Assembly: GCA_041389105.1 (NCBI GenBank)
Contig: JAWKSO010000004.1
Location: 20,652 to 84,651 of the forward strand
DNA: 64,000 bases
Direction: 5' to 3'
Source: Minisyncoccota bacterium
Lineage (GTDB): Bacteria > Patescibacteriota > Minisyncoccia > Phycocordibacterales > CSBR16-119
Position numbers and translations under genes: made by a program. The notes below the pieces were generated by a model. It did no database searches and was not told where the DNA came from. It saw only the letters and a list, made by a program, of their open reading frames with translations. The stretch's first letter is position 1; the number at the start of each line of letters is the position of its first letter. Shown piece by piece: positions 21,247 to 30,609 of this stretch.

Positions 21247-21384
21247 AAGAAAATCTCTTTGGTGAACCAAGTACTTAGTTTTTCATAACATAGCAAATCA
21301 CTCTTTAATTAAAACAAATATTGCTAATTTTCAAAGCTTGAAGGTTTTTGTTTAAAATTAGATAAAATATATTAACACATCTTA

Positions 21385-21416
21385 TTGACAATATTAAATA
21401 TATCTTATATTATAAT
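21385..21416 (+). promoter_or_regulatory. sigma-70-type promoter
   Basis: TTGACA, 17 nt, then TATTAT (TATAAT 3 nt further on), 35-60 nt upstream of the ATG at 21452. Confidence 0.4.
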
Positions 21417-21451
21417 CCCGAAAACATTCACAAACCAAAACCCTAGACAAG

Positions 21452-21989
21452 ATGAACTGGTACTCAATCTTTTACTGGCTCACTGTTGCTGACAAGGTCA
21501 AGGTTTTTGACAAGCAAGCACATATTCCCTTTCTTCGCCGTCGTCTCTTTCATCATCATGGTGATCTTGGCAATAGGTAAGAACATTGTGATTGAGAATG
21601 ACGAAATTGAAGTAAACCAAGAAAATGACAACCCGAAAGTAAAGGGCTGGGAATCATTAAAGAGTTTTACCAAAAAGCTCTTTTACATCTCCCTACCACT
21701 TTCATTGGTAACTTGGGCCGGATATGTTCTTACACCATCGAAAAAGGATTGCCTATTGATAGTAGCCGGAGGTTCCGTTGGAAACTTCATGACTACAGAC
21801 AAGGCCGCAAAAGAGATACCTTCTGACGTGGCTCAATTTCTTCACCTGAGCCTCCGAGAGGAAATTCAGAAGCTTGGAACTGAAGGAAAGAAGGAAATAG
21901 GTATCCTCACCACAGAGAAAGACTCACTGATTCAAAAAGCGAGAGAGCTTTCAAAGGAGGAGCTGATCAAGTACATTGAATCCAACTAG
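21452..21989 (+). pseudogene. hypothetical membrane protein (one frameshift near the N-terminus)
   Basis: MNWYSIFYWLTVADKVKVF joins ORF 21486..21989 (FPFFAVVSFIIMVILAIG...). G+C-richer than background, with its own promoter and terminator. Confidence 0.4.
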
Positions 21990-22012
21990 TAATGTTGGAT
22001 AAACACACGGAG

Positions 22013-22048
22013 AACGACCCTGTCGAAAGACAGGGTCGTTTTGTTTTT
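22013..22048 (+). terminator. intrinsic terminator
   Basis: AACGACCCTGTC-GAAA-GACAGGGTCGTT followed by TTGTTTTT. Confidence 0.75.
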
Positions 22049-22299
22049 ATAAAAAGTTCTGAAAAACTTTTAGGTATATCAAAAAATCCCTACCAAAAGC
22101 TAGAGATTTTTTGATTTGTGACCTTACAAAACCTGGAATGGAACACTATAGAAAATATGGTTATAAAGTGGAACCAAGTATTTAAGGACTTTATTGATAA
22201 CCCAAACGTTGTTAATAATAGCTATATTTTATAGTAAAAAATCTAAATAAGCGAATCTGTTTTAATACCCTACTGATTATAGAACCATTACAGCTATTG

Positions 22300-22328
22300 T
22301 TGACACAATCACATATTTATTTTAATAT
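22300..22328 (+). promoter_or_regulatory. sigma-70-type promoter
   Basis: TTGACA, 17 nt, then TAATAT. About 140 nt upstream of the ATG at 22470. Confidence 0.5.
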
Positions 22329-22365
22329 CACTGGGTAATTCAGCTCTTTAATAATTCAAGGATTA

Positions 22366-22420
22366 TTTTGAGACGAGCCTGTTTTTGCTGAATTTCGGCA
22401 ACGACCGGCTCGTCTCAAAA
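22366..22420 (+). promoter_or_regulatory. 5' leader hairpin (14-bp stem, 27-nt loop)
   Basis: TTTTGAGACGAGCC ... GGCTCGTCTCAAAA: perfect complement. Followed by the palindrome CGTTCGAACG at 22433-22442 and a second TTCGAA. Confidence 0.5.
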
Positions 22421-22469
22421 GAGACAGACGTCCGTTCGAACGTTTTCGAACATCAAATACAGGTGTGTC

Positions 22470-23258
22470 ATGTCTAAACATGAAGTGCCACAAACAGACT
22501 TCGGGAAAGACTTCAGTCTTGTCCACGAAGCGGTCGTCGCTGGCCGAGCAGTTGGCGCCGACAGAAAGTTCTGGAAAGCTCTCGCTAAAGATCCGCAACT
22601 TTGGCGGCGAGTAAAGGCTTTCGTAGACAACGGTAAAGAGCTTTTTACTCCACAACATCGCGCTCGAGAGATCATGGGCAGCGAGAACATCTTTGACCCC
22701 ATTTGGGTCGATGGAGATATGTGGGAGCTCACTGAAGCAGAGATGCAACTATTGGAAAGGATTCCTTTTCCTGAAGACCAGCTCATCGCTTCTAAGGACA
22801 GCCATGTCCTCGTTGCACTGGCGCCAATAACTTTTGCTGAGTTGCATAAGCACTATGGCGCTCGTTACTTCGATAGCCAATTCCGCCCAGGCAGAGATGA
22901 CAAGGATGAATTTACCAAGAAGCGACATTCAGTGGGGTGGCACCTTGTCCAAAAGGAAGCGCTATCTGGCTCGATGGGAGAAAGCCTGACAGACCAACAA
23001 AAGCTGTTGAGGGAAAATGAACTTATCCCGACCGCAACTCTCTTGGCGTACACCATGGTTGCCTATCAGAGGAAGAACCGCAAACGTCTATTTGACGGCA
23101 TCTACGTGAGAACTTCTAGTGTGAATTCTGGCGCACTTAAGATCATGCTTCACAATGTGCCAGGCGTAAAAGGCATCAACAGCATAGAGATCTGTACTTC
23201 CGGCGGCTATGCTCGAGAAGACATCGGTCTTGCCGTTGAAACCAAGCCTCTGTGGTAA
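22470..23258 (+). CDS. hypothetical protein (262 aa), G+C-rich ORFan
   Basis: Intact ORF, AGGTG upstream of the ATG, own promoter, leader and terminator. No family recognised. Confidence 0.6.
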   Translation: MSKHEVPQTDFGKDFSLVHEAVVAGRAVGADRKFWKALAKDPQLWRRVKAFVDNGKELFTPQHRAREIMGSENIFDPIWVDGDMWELTEAEMQLLERIPFPEDQLIASKDSHVLVALAPITFAELHKHYGARYFDSQFRPGRDDKDEFTKKRHSVGWHLVQKEALSGSMGESLTDQQKLLRENELIPTATLLAYTMVAYQRKNRKRLFDGIYVRTSSVNSGALKIMLHNVPGVKGINSIEICTSGGYAREDIGLAVETKPLW

Positions 23259-23279
23259 CAATCCTTGAACACGCGAAGC

Positions 23280-23314
23280 ACAGCCCCGGCGAAAGTCGGG
23301 GCTGTTTTGTTTTT
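23280..23314. terminator. intrinsic terminator
   Basis: ACAGCCCCG-GCGAAAGT-CGGGGCTGT followed by TTTGTTTTT. Shares the ACAGCCCCG/CGGGGCTGT arms with the hairpin at 7150. Confidence 0.7.
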
Positions 23315-23320
23315 AACTAT

Positions 23321-23824
23321 TTATCTTTCAGTCTTTAATAATTTACAAACCTTATCTTTAAACGATTCAAAATGATAGTGCATCGGAAAAGGTATCATTA
23401 CTTCCCTGTTTAATACATTAAAACCATCTTCTACTAATCTATCTTTTAGTAATTTCCAAACATTCGATTTAACTATTATCAAAGGAGTCTTTTGCAGACC
23501 TTCTTCTATCATGTCTTTCTTAAAAACATCATAGTTTTCCAAAATCATCTCATCTGCTGTTTTATCAGACAGTTTATTTACAGGTGTGTAGATTGGGTTA
23601 ACTAAATAGAAACCCTCTTTTTGAAAATACTCAAGCCCTTCTGTTTTAGTGTTAAAGGTTTTATTAAACAATGTCTTAATCAAAGATCGAAAAAGAAGTT
23701 CAGTAGTTCTTCCTGTTGGGTCATAAAAGTATCCTCCGTGAGCTGGAGGAGATTCGAAGATAAAACAAAACTTTACCTTTTTAGGTTTAAACTTTTTTCG
23801 TAAAGAAATGTATTCGTTTATCAT
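23321..23824 (-). CDS. hypothetical protein with a uracil-DNA-glycosylase-superfamily-like motif order (tentative)
   Basis: Intact 167 aa. FCFIFESPPAHGGYFY, GFYLVNPIYTP, PLIIVKSNVW and VMIPFPMHYH fall in the order of UDG-fold motifs. Recognised from memory only. Confidence 0.35.
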   Translation of the reverse strand: MINEYISLRKKFKPKKVKFCFIFESPPAHGGYFYDPTGRTTELLFRSLIKTLFNKTFNTKTEGLEYFQKEGFYLVNPIYTPVNKLSDKTADEMILENYDVFKKDMIEEGLQKTPLIIVKSNVWKLLKDRLVEDGFNVLNREVMIPFPMHYHFESFKDKVCKLLKTER

Positions 23825-23933
23825 TTACTGATTATATCAAAGTTAAGAATCGATGAGGTTCGATTCTCGGAAGGGTGTTGATTTTTCTGCTCTGGAAAAC
23901 CCTTATTTATAGCCTTCTAGTGCTAGCTGTTGA

Positions 23934-24008
23934 TGGTGACCCTACGGGGAGTCGAACCCCGCTTCTCACATTGAAAACGTGATGTCCTAACCGATAGACG
24001 ATAGGGCC
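23934..24008 (-). tRNA. tRNA-Glu (anticodon TTC), CCA encoded
   Basis: GGCCCTATCGTCTATCGGTTAGGACATCACGTTTTCAATGTGAGAAGCGGGGTTCGACTCCCCGTAGGGTCACCA folds as a cloverleaf. Confidence 0.9.
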
Positions 24009-24329
24009 TAAATATTTCTTAAAGCTGTGAAGAAAACGCAAGCAAGACGACGGAAAAATTTCTGAATTTGTAGCCTCGCTACAATGAAGAAATTTTAACT
24101 AGTATTGATTGTGTTTTCAATGCAGATTTTGAAATATGTGGTCATATCGTCGTTAAAGACGATAATTGGCCAATATTTAAATCTGATTTGAACGTATCCC
24201 ACAAAGCTTTACGTGTAATGGGAAACGAGAAAAGTATATCATTTTTTTATTTTTTGGCAAGAAAAAGGGCGACTCCTTTCGGAAACGCCCTTATAAGGTC
24301 TTGGATCAACGTCTTCCTCTCGGAAGTGT

Positions 24330-24731
24330 TCAGACACTGACAACGTCAGGTACGAAATACTTTACATGGATCAGCTCTGTGCCGTTAACACAGATCTCGA
24401 CAAACTTTTCGCTTCGCATGTCGATCTCATTAGCGGCCCAGTAAAGCTTGGTATCGGGGTCCACGTAAATGATGCTAGCCATCCTTCCCAACATGTACTC
24501 TTTCAGGTCGACAGTATTTTGGGTACCACCGAGGCCCATCTTTACGTTGACCGGAAAAACAATACACGGATACGCACTTGAGATCTTATCCATCTCTTTC
24601 TCTGAAGGAAGAGCCAGTTGACTAGTTCCTGTAACCCTGAAAACTATTGACCTTTTCCCTGGGTAATCAAAGCGCTCCAGTATACCCTTGTCTTCATGGT
24701 TTACTCCGAGAAAGATGTAGAACTTTTCGTT
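24330..24731 (-). CDS. hypothetical protein (133 aa from MNEKFYIF), G+C-rich ORFan
   Basis: ORF 24330..24812, with the likely start at the internal Met. Terminator-like hairpin AAGGGCG..CGCCCTT downstream at ~24270-24300. Confidence 0.5.
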   Translation of the reverse strand, partial: NEKFYIFLGVNHEDKGILERFDYPGKRSIVFRVTGTSQLALPSEKEMDKISSAYPCIVFPVNVKMGLGGTQNTVDLKEYMLGRMASIIYVDPDTKLYWAANEIDMRSEKFVEICVNGTELIHVKYFVPDVVSV

Positions 24732-24867
24732 CATGGTTTGGTTTGTTTGAGTTGGTTTTTTTGGTGAACTTTCAACATATAAATTAACATAGATAATCAA
24801 AAAGTCAATCAACTCCTTGCTGTATTGAAGTTATCTTCATTTTGTTGTATCTTATATGTACAGATAT

Positions 24868-24892
24868 GGGCCGGCGAACGCAGTGAGCCGGC
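24868..24892. repeat. REP-like GC hairpin, copy 3
   Basis: GGGCCGGCGAACGCAGTGAGCCGGC followed by ATATTTTCCTAAAT. Same layout as 7108..7134 plus its ATGTCCTAAAT tail. Confidence 0.7.
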
Positions 24893-24906
24893 ATATTTTC
24901 CTAAAT

Positions 24907-24982
24907 GCGCGGTTAGCTCAGTTGGTAGAGCGACTCATTGACGTTGAGTAGGCCAGGGGTTCGAATCCCTTATCGCGCACCA
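24907..24982 (+). tRNA. tRNA-Val (anticodon GAC), CCA encoded
   Basis: GCGCGGTTAGCTCAGTTGGTAGAGCGACTCATTGACGTTGAGTAGGCCAGGGGTTCGAATCCCTTATCGCGCACCA. Confidence 0.9.
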
Positions 24983-25549
24983 TGAAAAAGCAAATAATCA
25001 CCATAGCTGGAAAGCCAGGAAGCGGAAAAAGCACAACAGCTAAAAGACTCTCGGGTGAATTAAACTACGCTCATTTTTCTTCTGGAGATTTCTTCCGACA
25101 AGTCGGACTAGATAAGGGTCTGAACCTTATCAACCCTTTCGACTCTCGCAGAAAAAGATAAAAGTATAGACGAACTGACAGACCAAAAAGTTCGCGAGAT
25201 GGGAGAAAAAGAAAATATTATCGTCGAGTCGCGTTTGGCATTTCACTGGATACCAGATTCTTTTAAAGTTTATCTAGATTTAGACACAGACACTTGCGCA
25301 AAAAGAATGTTTGATGATTTAGAAAAAAACCCTTCAAGAAAAGCTAGCGAGGATTTTGACTCTGTCGAACAAATGAAAGAAGCTCTTTTGCAACGTTTCG
25401 AAAGTGAGAAAAAAAGATACATAGAAATGTATGACGTAAACCCTCAAGATTTATCTCAATATGATTTAGTTATAAACACGAGCGAAAATTCTGTGGAAAG
25501 TGTTTGTGAGAAAATAAAAGATTCTTATCTAGCTTGGCTTGGTTTATAA
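24982..25549 (+). pseudogene. P-loop nucleoside-monophosphate kinase (cytidylate kinase-like), frameshifted
   Basis: MKKQIITIAGKPGSGKSTTAKRLS. The rest is in ORF 25199..25549. The ATG shares its A with the last base of the tRNA-Val CCA. Confidence 0.6.
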
Positions 25550-25556
25550 TAAAATT

Positions 25557-26219
25557 ATGTCATCTTTGATTTTAAAAATTATAGCTGTCGTGACGATGGC
25601 GATAGACCATGTTGGATTTCTATTTTTTCCCGAAGAAGTAATTTTCAGAATAATCGGCAGAATCTCCTTCCCTCTTTTTGCATTTCTTATCGCCGAAGGA
25701 TTCCAAAAAACCAAAAACGTAAATGCATATCTAAAAAGACTTTCAATTTTCGCAGTGATTTCGCAAATTCCCTTTTTCTTTTTTGAAAAATCAGCGGGAA
25801 TAACAGATCTTAATTTAAATATTTTATTCACTTTGGCTTTGGGTGTGATAGCTTTAATGATCAGTGTGCGAATCAAAAACTGGCCGATAAAAATATTTAA
25901 CATAGCAATAATCTTGGCTGTCGCGTATTTGGGAAAATTCTCATACGGAATTTACGGAATACTTTCTATCATCGGAAGTTATATTTTCCTTCAAAACAAA
26001 AAAGCGGGACTTATAGGCCTTTCCATACTTCCCTTTTTAGAAAACGTCAGACTTTTTCTTTCTAATATTTTTTTCTTACAATTTTTCGCTATATTTAGCT
26101 TAGTTCCAATATATTTTTACAACGGAAAACAAGGTCCGAAAATATCTCGTTGGTGGTTTTATTGGTTTTATCCTGCTCATTTAGCTGTTTTGGTTTTGAT
26201 TTTTTTGATAATAAAATAA
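25557..26219 (+). CDS. TraX family membrane protein
   Basis: LKIIAVVTMAIDHVGFLFF..IGRISFPLFAFLIAEGFQKTKN..YLKRL: the TraX signature. Polytopic. Start taken at MSSLILK. Confidence 0.75.
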   Translation: MSSLILKIIAVVTMAIDHVGFLFFPEEVIFRIIGRISFPLFAFLIAEGFQKTKNVNAYLKRLSIFAVISQIPFFFFEKSAGITDLNLNILFTLALGVIALMISVRIKNWPIKIFNIAIILAVAYLGKFSYGIYGILSIIGSYIFLQNKKAGLIGLSILPFLENVRLFLSNIFFLQFFAIFSLVPIYFYNGKQGPKISRWWFYWFYPAHLAVLVLIFLIIK

Positions 26220-26254
26220 TTGCCCAAACCAGTCGAAACTGCTAATCTTCAAAT

Positions 26255-27377
26255 ATGAAAATACTATCTATCGAAACAAGCTGTGACGAAACAGCAATAT
26301 CTATTATCGAGGCTTCGGGTGAAATTTCGAAACCTTCTTTTCGTGTTTTAGCAAACAATCTAATCTCACAAATAAACATCCACCAAGAATTCGGCGGAGT
26401 TTACCCAAGCTTGGCAAAAAGAGAACATGCTAAAAACCTACCGATAGTCTTAGAGAAAACTCTAAAAGACGCGAACTTTTTTATAGAAGAAAAAAATACA
26501 ATAGATAAAGATAGGATAGAAAGTATCTTAGAGAGAGAAAAAGAAATGGCAGAAAATCTTTTCGACATTTTATCTAAAATTAAAAAACCTGAAATAGATT
26601 TTATCGCTGTGACCACAGGACCAGGACTCGAGCCGGCGCTTTGGGTCGGTATCACTTTTGCGAAAGCTTTAGCAAAAGCTTGGAACTTGCCTTTGGTTCC
26701 GGTAAACCACATGGAAGGCCACATACTTTCTGTGCTTTTAAAATCTAAAGAAAATGAAAGCATCGACACTTCTAAGATTAAATTCCCTCTTCTGTCACTT
26801 TTGATTTCCGGCGGACATACAGAAATTATTTTAGTTTCGAATTGGATGGAATATCAAAAGATAGGACAAACCGTGGACGATGCTGTAGGTGAAGCTTTCG
26901 ACAAAGTTGCGCGAATTCTCGGACTTCCATATCCTGGCGGACCAGAGATTTCACGTCTAGCAAAAGAAGGTAAGGAAAATAAAAAATAAAACTCCTCGCC
27001 CAAGCTCCGCACAGAAGATTATGATTTTTCTTTTTCTGGTCTGAAGACAGCTGTGCTTTATTTAGTGCGAGATATAGGAGAGCTTTCAGAACAAGACAAA
27101 AAAGACATTGCGAAAGAATTCCAAACAGCAGTCGGAGATGTTTTCGTACATAAAATAAAAAAGGCTATAGAGAAATACGGCGTATCACAAATAATAGTCG
27201 CGGGTGGTGTCGCAGCAAACGAATATCTTCGAGAAAGATTTAAAAATGAATTAAACATAGAAATATTTTTACCAGAAAAAAGATTTGTTCACAGACAACG
27301 CCATAATGATAGGTATGGCTGGATATTTCGGCGCTATTTCTGAAAAGAAACAAGCCCGGACGACAATGTCCGCCTGA
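26255..27377 (+). pseudogene. tsaD: tRNA N6-threonylcarbamoyl-adenosine transferase TsaD, frameshifted
   Basis: MKILSIETSCDETAISII, VNHMEGHILS, LLISGGHTEI, GLPYPGGPEI, then VAGGVAANEYLR and CTDNAIMIGMAGY in another frame. Confidence 0.85.
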
Positions 27378-27405
27378 GTTCTTTGTCACTCTAGGCTTTG
27401 TACAC

Positions 27406-28338
27406 CTAAAGATCTGAAGGGTTGTATACGGTATCCTTCACGATACGCTTCAACATCTCTGGCTCTGCGGAAACAAGACTTTGATCCAAATCATCATAAT
27501 TCCGGATCAGAAAATTACTCGGCAGACCTTTAATGTCGAAAATTGAAGGACTCACTATTGTCTTGCCGCTTTTTTCATGTACACCATCAACTTCCTAGCG
27601 TTAGAAAAACCATAGAGAGAGTCAGGATCGCCCCTCTTGAAGTAAACGAGGCTCACTGGCTTTTCTATTGTAGAAAGGCAAGCTGCAATCAATGCGGCTG
27701 TCACGTCGCTTCCGTCTAGTGGCAAAACTGTCGTACGAGATGGCTCGGTTGCCAAGCTTCCGATAAAACCCTGTACGATAAAAAAGCCTTCCAGACACAG
27801 GTCGAATATTCTCCTGTATTCGAATCTTTGAAGTGAACTGGTCGACTGAAGCATCGCAACACTTTCCAGATTCTGTAGCGACAATTTTCCTTGCATCAAC
27901 CACTGCCAAAGAATCACCTTCTTCAACATTCAGATATTTCTGTGGAGATACTCCGCCACTATCGTCTGCGAAAAGTCTTCACCGAAAAAGCTTAAGACAG
28001 ACGCCCTGAAAGATTCTTCGTCGATACCTCCATCCTTCAACATCATCTTGTTATACAGCCTATTGAATTTTCGAATGCGATAAAAACAAGAAATTGAAAG
28101 ATGATTCCAAAACCCAGATCTTCCACCATCTTTTTGTGATAGTCGATGAAATCTTCGAGGAAATAACGCGAATCCAAGGTGTCACACACTTTCAAAAGCA
28201 AGCGTGTTTGTCCGTAAAATGCAGACACGACCAGAATATTTACTTGGTCTGTCTCAATACATAAGGCAACCTTTATAGCTTCTTAGAGTTAAGCACTAGG
28301 CCACCCACCTTACCTACAACCCAATTTGAAATGTGCAT
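27406..28338 (-). pseudogene. amino-acid-kinase family protein (aspartokinase-like, no ACT domains seen), frameshifted
   Basis: WVVGKVGGLVL.., NILVVSAFYGQTRLLL, IVQGFIGS....TTVLPLDGSDVTAALIAA, (T)DVDGV.. in successive frames. Visibly G+C-richer. Confidence 0.5.
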
Positions 28339-28431
28339 GCGTGTTTCGTGTTTGTTCTTGTATAAACTACAATATTTAAAAAAATAAGTCAAATCAATTT
28401 TAAAAGTTATATTTTATGGTATATTTTTCAA

Positions 28432-30609
28432 ATGAATCCAATGAACGATAAATTCCTAAAACCATACAACGCAAGCGAAACAGAAGATAAGATTTACAAA
28501 ATCTGGCAAGATTCTGGTTTTTTTAATCCTGATAATTGTGTAGAAAAAGGCGCGACTCAAAAAGATGCAGAGCCTTTTTCTATAGTTCTTCCACCACCAA
28601 ACGTGACAGGGACTCTTCACACAGGACACGCTTCAATGCTTGCCATAGAAGACACAATGGTCAGATACCAAAGAATGCGAGGTAAGAGAACTCTTTGGGT
28701 CCCAGGAACAGATCACGCTGCTATCGCCACTCAATCTGTAGTCGAAAAACTTCTCTCAAAAGAAAAAATAACTCGCCACGATTTAGGTCGAGAAGAATTC
28801 TTAAAACGAGTAAACGAATTTGCACAAAACTCTCACGACACAATAGTTTCCCAAGTTAAAAAAATGGGAGCTTCTATCGACTGGTCACGAGAAGCTTACA
28901 CGCTAGATGAAACAAGGGAAAAAGCAGTTCGTACGGCTTTTAAAAAAATGTACGACAACGGACTTATTTATCGTGACTACAAAATAGTAAATTGGGATCC
29001 AAAAGGCCAAACCACCGTTTCTGATGATGAAGTAAACCATGAAGAGCGAATGAGTAAAATGTATACTTTCAAATATTCAAAAGACTTCCCTATTTATATT
29101 TCTACAACTCGTCCGGAAACAAAAGTCGGAGACGTGGCTGTGGCCGTTCACCCAGAAGACAAGCGTTACTCAAAATACGTCGGACAAGAATTTAAAGATA
29201 TTGATTTTTGTGGCGTAAAAATAGATATAAAAGTCATTGCAGATGAATCTGTAGAGAAAGATTTTGGAACAGGAGCACTTGGTGTAACTCCAGCTCACTC
29301 TCAAATAGACTGGGAAATAGCAAAACGTCACGATTTAAAATCTGTGCCAGTAATAAACGAATACGCAAAAATGTCTGTCGGCGATGAGCGACTACTCGGT
29401 AAGAAAACTATCGAAGCACGAGAAATAATAGTTGCTTGGCTACGCGAAGAAGGTTTACTTGAAAAAGAAGAAGACGTGAAGCAAAATATCGGTACAGCCG
29501 AGCGCTCTGGTGGAATTATCGAACCACTTCCTAAAATGCAGTGGTTTATAGACGTAAACAAAACAGCTCGTGATGGAAAAAGTTTAAAAGAACTTATGCT
29601 CGATGCCGTACGAAGTAAATCTATAGAAATCCTTCCAAACCAATTCGAAAAAGTTTACTTTAACTGGATTGAAAATCTACGCGACTGGAATATCTCAAGA
29701 CAGATTTGGTTCGGACATAGAATACCGGTTTGGTATAAGGGCGAAGAAATTTATGTTGGAGTAGACGCACCAAAGGGCGAAGGCTGGGAGCAAGACCCAG
29801 ACACACTCGATACTTGGTTCTCCTCTGGGCTTTGGACTTTCTCTACACTACTAGATCCTGAAAAACAAAACGAAGATTTAGAAACTTGGCTTAAAAATTC
29901 AAGAGATGCAATATATCACCCGACTTCAGTCTTAGAAACTGGACATGATTTAATATTTTTCTGGATAGCCAGAATGGTTTTAATGAGCACATATCTTGTT
30001 GGAGAAATTCCTTTTAAAACTGTTTACTTACATGGAATGGTTTTAGACAAGACCGGAAAAAAGATGAGCAAGTCTCGCCCAGAAACAGCTATTGACCCGA
30101 TTCCGACTATCGAAAAATTTGGTGCGGACGCGCTTCGTATGGCAATGCTTGTGGGAGTCGGACCAGGACAAGCTGTCACACTAACGGAAGACAAAATAAA
30201 AGCCTACTCAAAATTTGCCAACAAAATCTGGAATGCAACTCGCTTTGTTCTTGAAAACACAGCTGGTTTTGACGACACACAAAAACCAGAAATACTTCCA
30301 GTTCACCAAGAATACATAAACGAATGGCAAAATATCATAAAAGAAATCACAAAAGAAATGGAAGAATATAAACTTTATTTAGTTGGAGAAAAACTTTACC
30401 ATTTCTTCTGGCACCAATTCGCTGACATAATCATAGAAGAATGTAAAAAAGATTTAAACGATTCTGCAAAATACACCTTAATTTATCTACTAAAACAACA
30501 GCTAAAAGCACTTCACCCTTTCATGCCTTTTGTTACAGAAGAAATCTGGGGACTTATCCACGATGGAAAACCAGAAAAATTGCTTATAATTGAAGAATGG
30601 CCGGCATAG
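28432..30609 (+). CDS. valS: valine--tRNA ligase (short form)
   Basis: Intact 725 aa. PPPNVTGTLHTGHA (HIGH motif) and KMSKS motif. Confidence 0.95.
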   Translation: MNPMNDKFLKPYNASETEDKIYKIWQDSGFFNPDNCVEKGATQKDAEPFSIVLPPPNVTGTLHTGHASMLAIEDTMVRYQRMRGKRTLWVPGTDHAAIATQSVVEKLLSKEKITRHDLGREEFLKRVNEFAQNSHDTIVSQVKKMGASIDWSREAYTLDETREKAVRTAFKKMYDNGLIYRDYKIVNWDPKGQTTVSDDEVNHEERMSKMYTFKYSKDFPIYISTTRPETKVGDVAVAVHPEDKRYSKYVGQEFKDIDFCGVKIDIKVIADESVEKDFGTGALGVTPAHSQIDWEIAKRHDLKSVPVINEYAKMSVGDERLLGKKTIEAREIIVAWLREEGLLEKEEDVKQNIGTAERSGGIIEPLPKMQWFIDVNKTARDGKSLKELMLDAVRSKSIEILPNQFEKVYFNWIENLRDWNISRQIWFGHRIPVWYKGEEIYVGVDAPKGEGWEQDPDTLDTWFSSGLWTFSTLLDPEKQNEDLETWLKNSRDAIYHPTSVLETGHDLIFFWIARMVLMSTYLVGEIPFKTVYLHGMVLDKTGKKMSKSRPETAIDPIPTIEKFGADALRMAMLVGVGPGQAVTLTEDKIKAYSKFANKIWNATRFVLENTAGFDDTQKPEILPVHQEYINEWQNIIKEITKEMEEYKLYLVGEKLYHFFWHQFADIIIEECKKDLNDSAKYTLIYLLKQQLKALHPFMPFVTEEIWGLIHDGKPEKLLIIEEWPA

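Noticed and set aside
23851-23880. CGATGAGGTTCGATTCTCGGAAGGGTG resembles a tRNA T-arm and 3' end. It might be a tRNA fragment marking an att site next to tRNA-Glu.
   Set aside because: The T-stem cannot be paired (only 3 bp), there is no acceptor complement, and I could find no matching full tRNA in the window. Mentioned only as context in the island finding.
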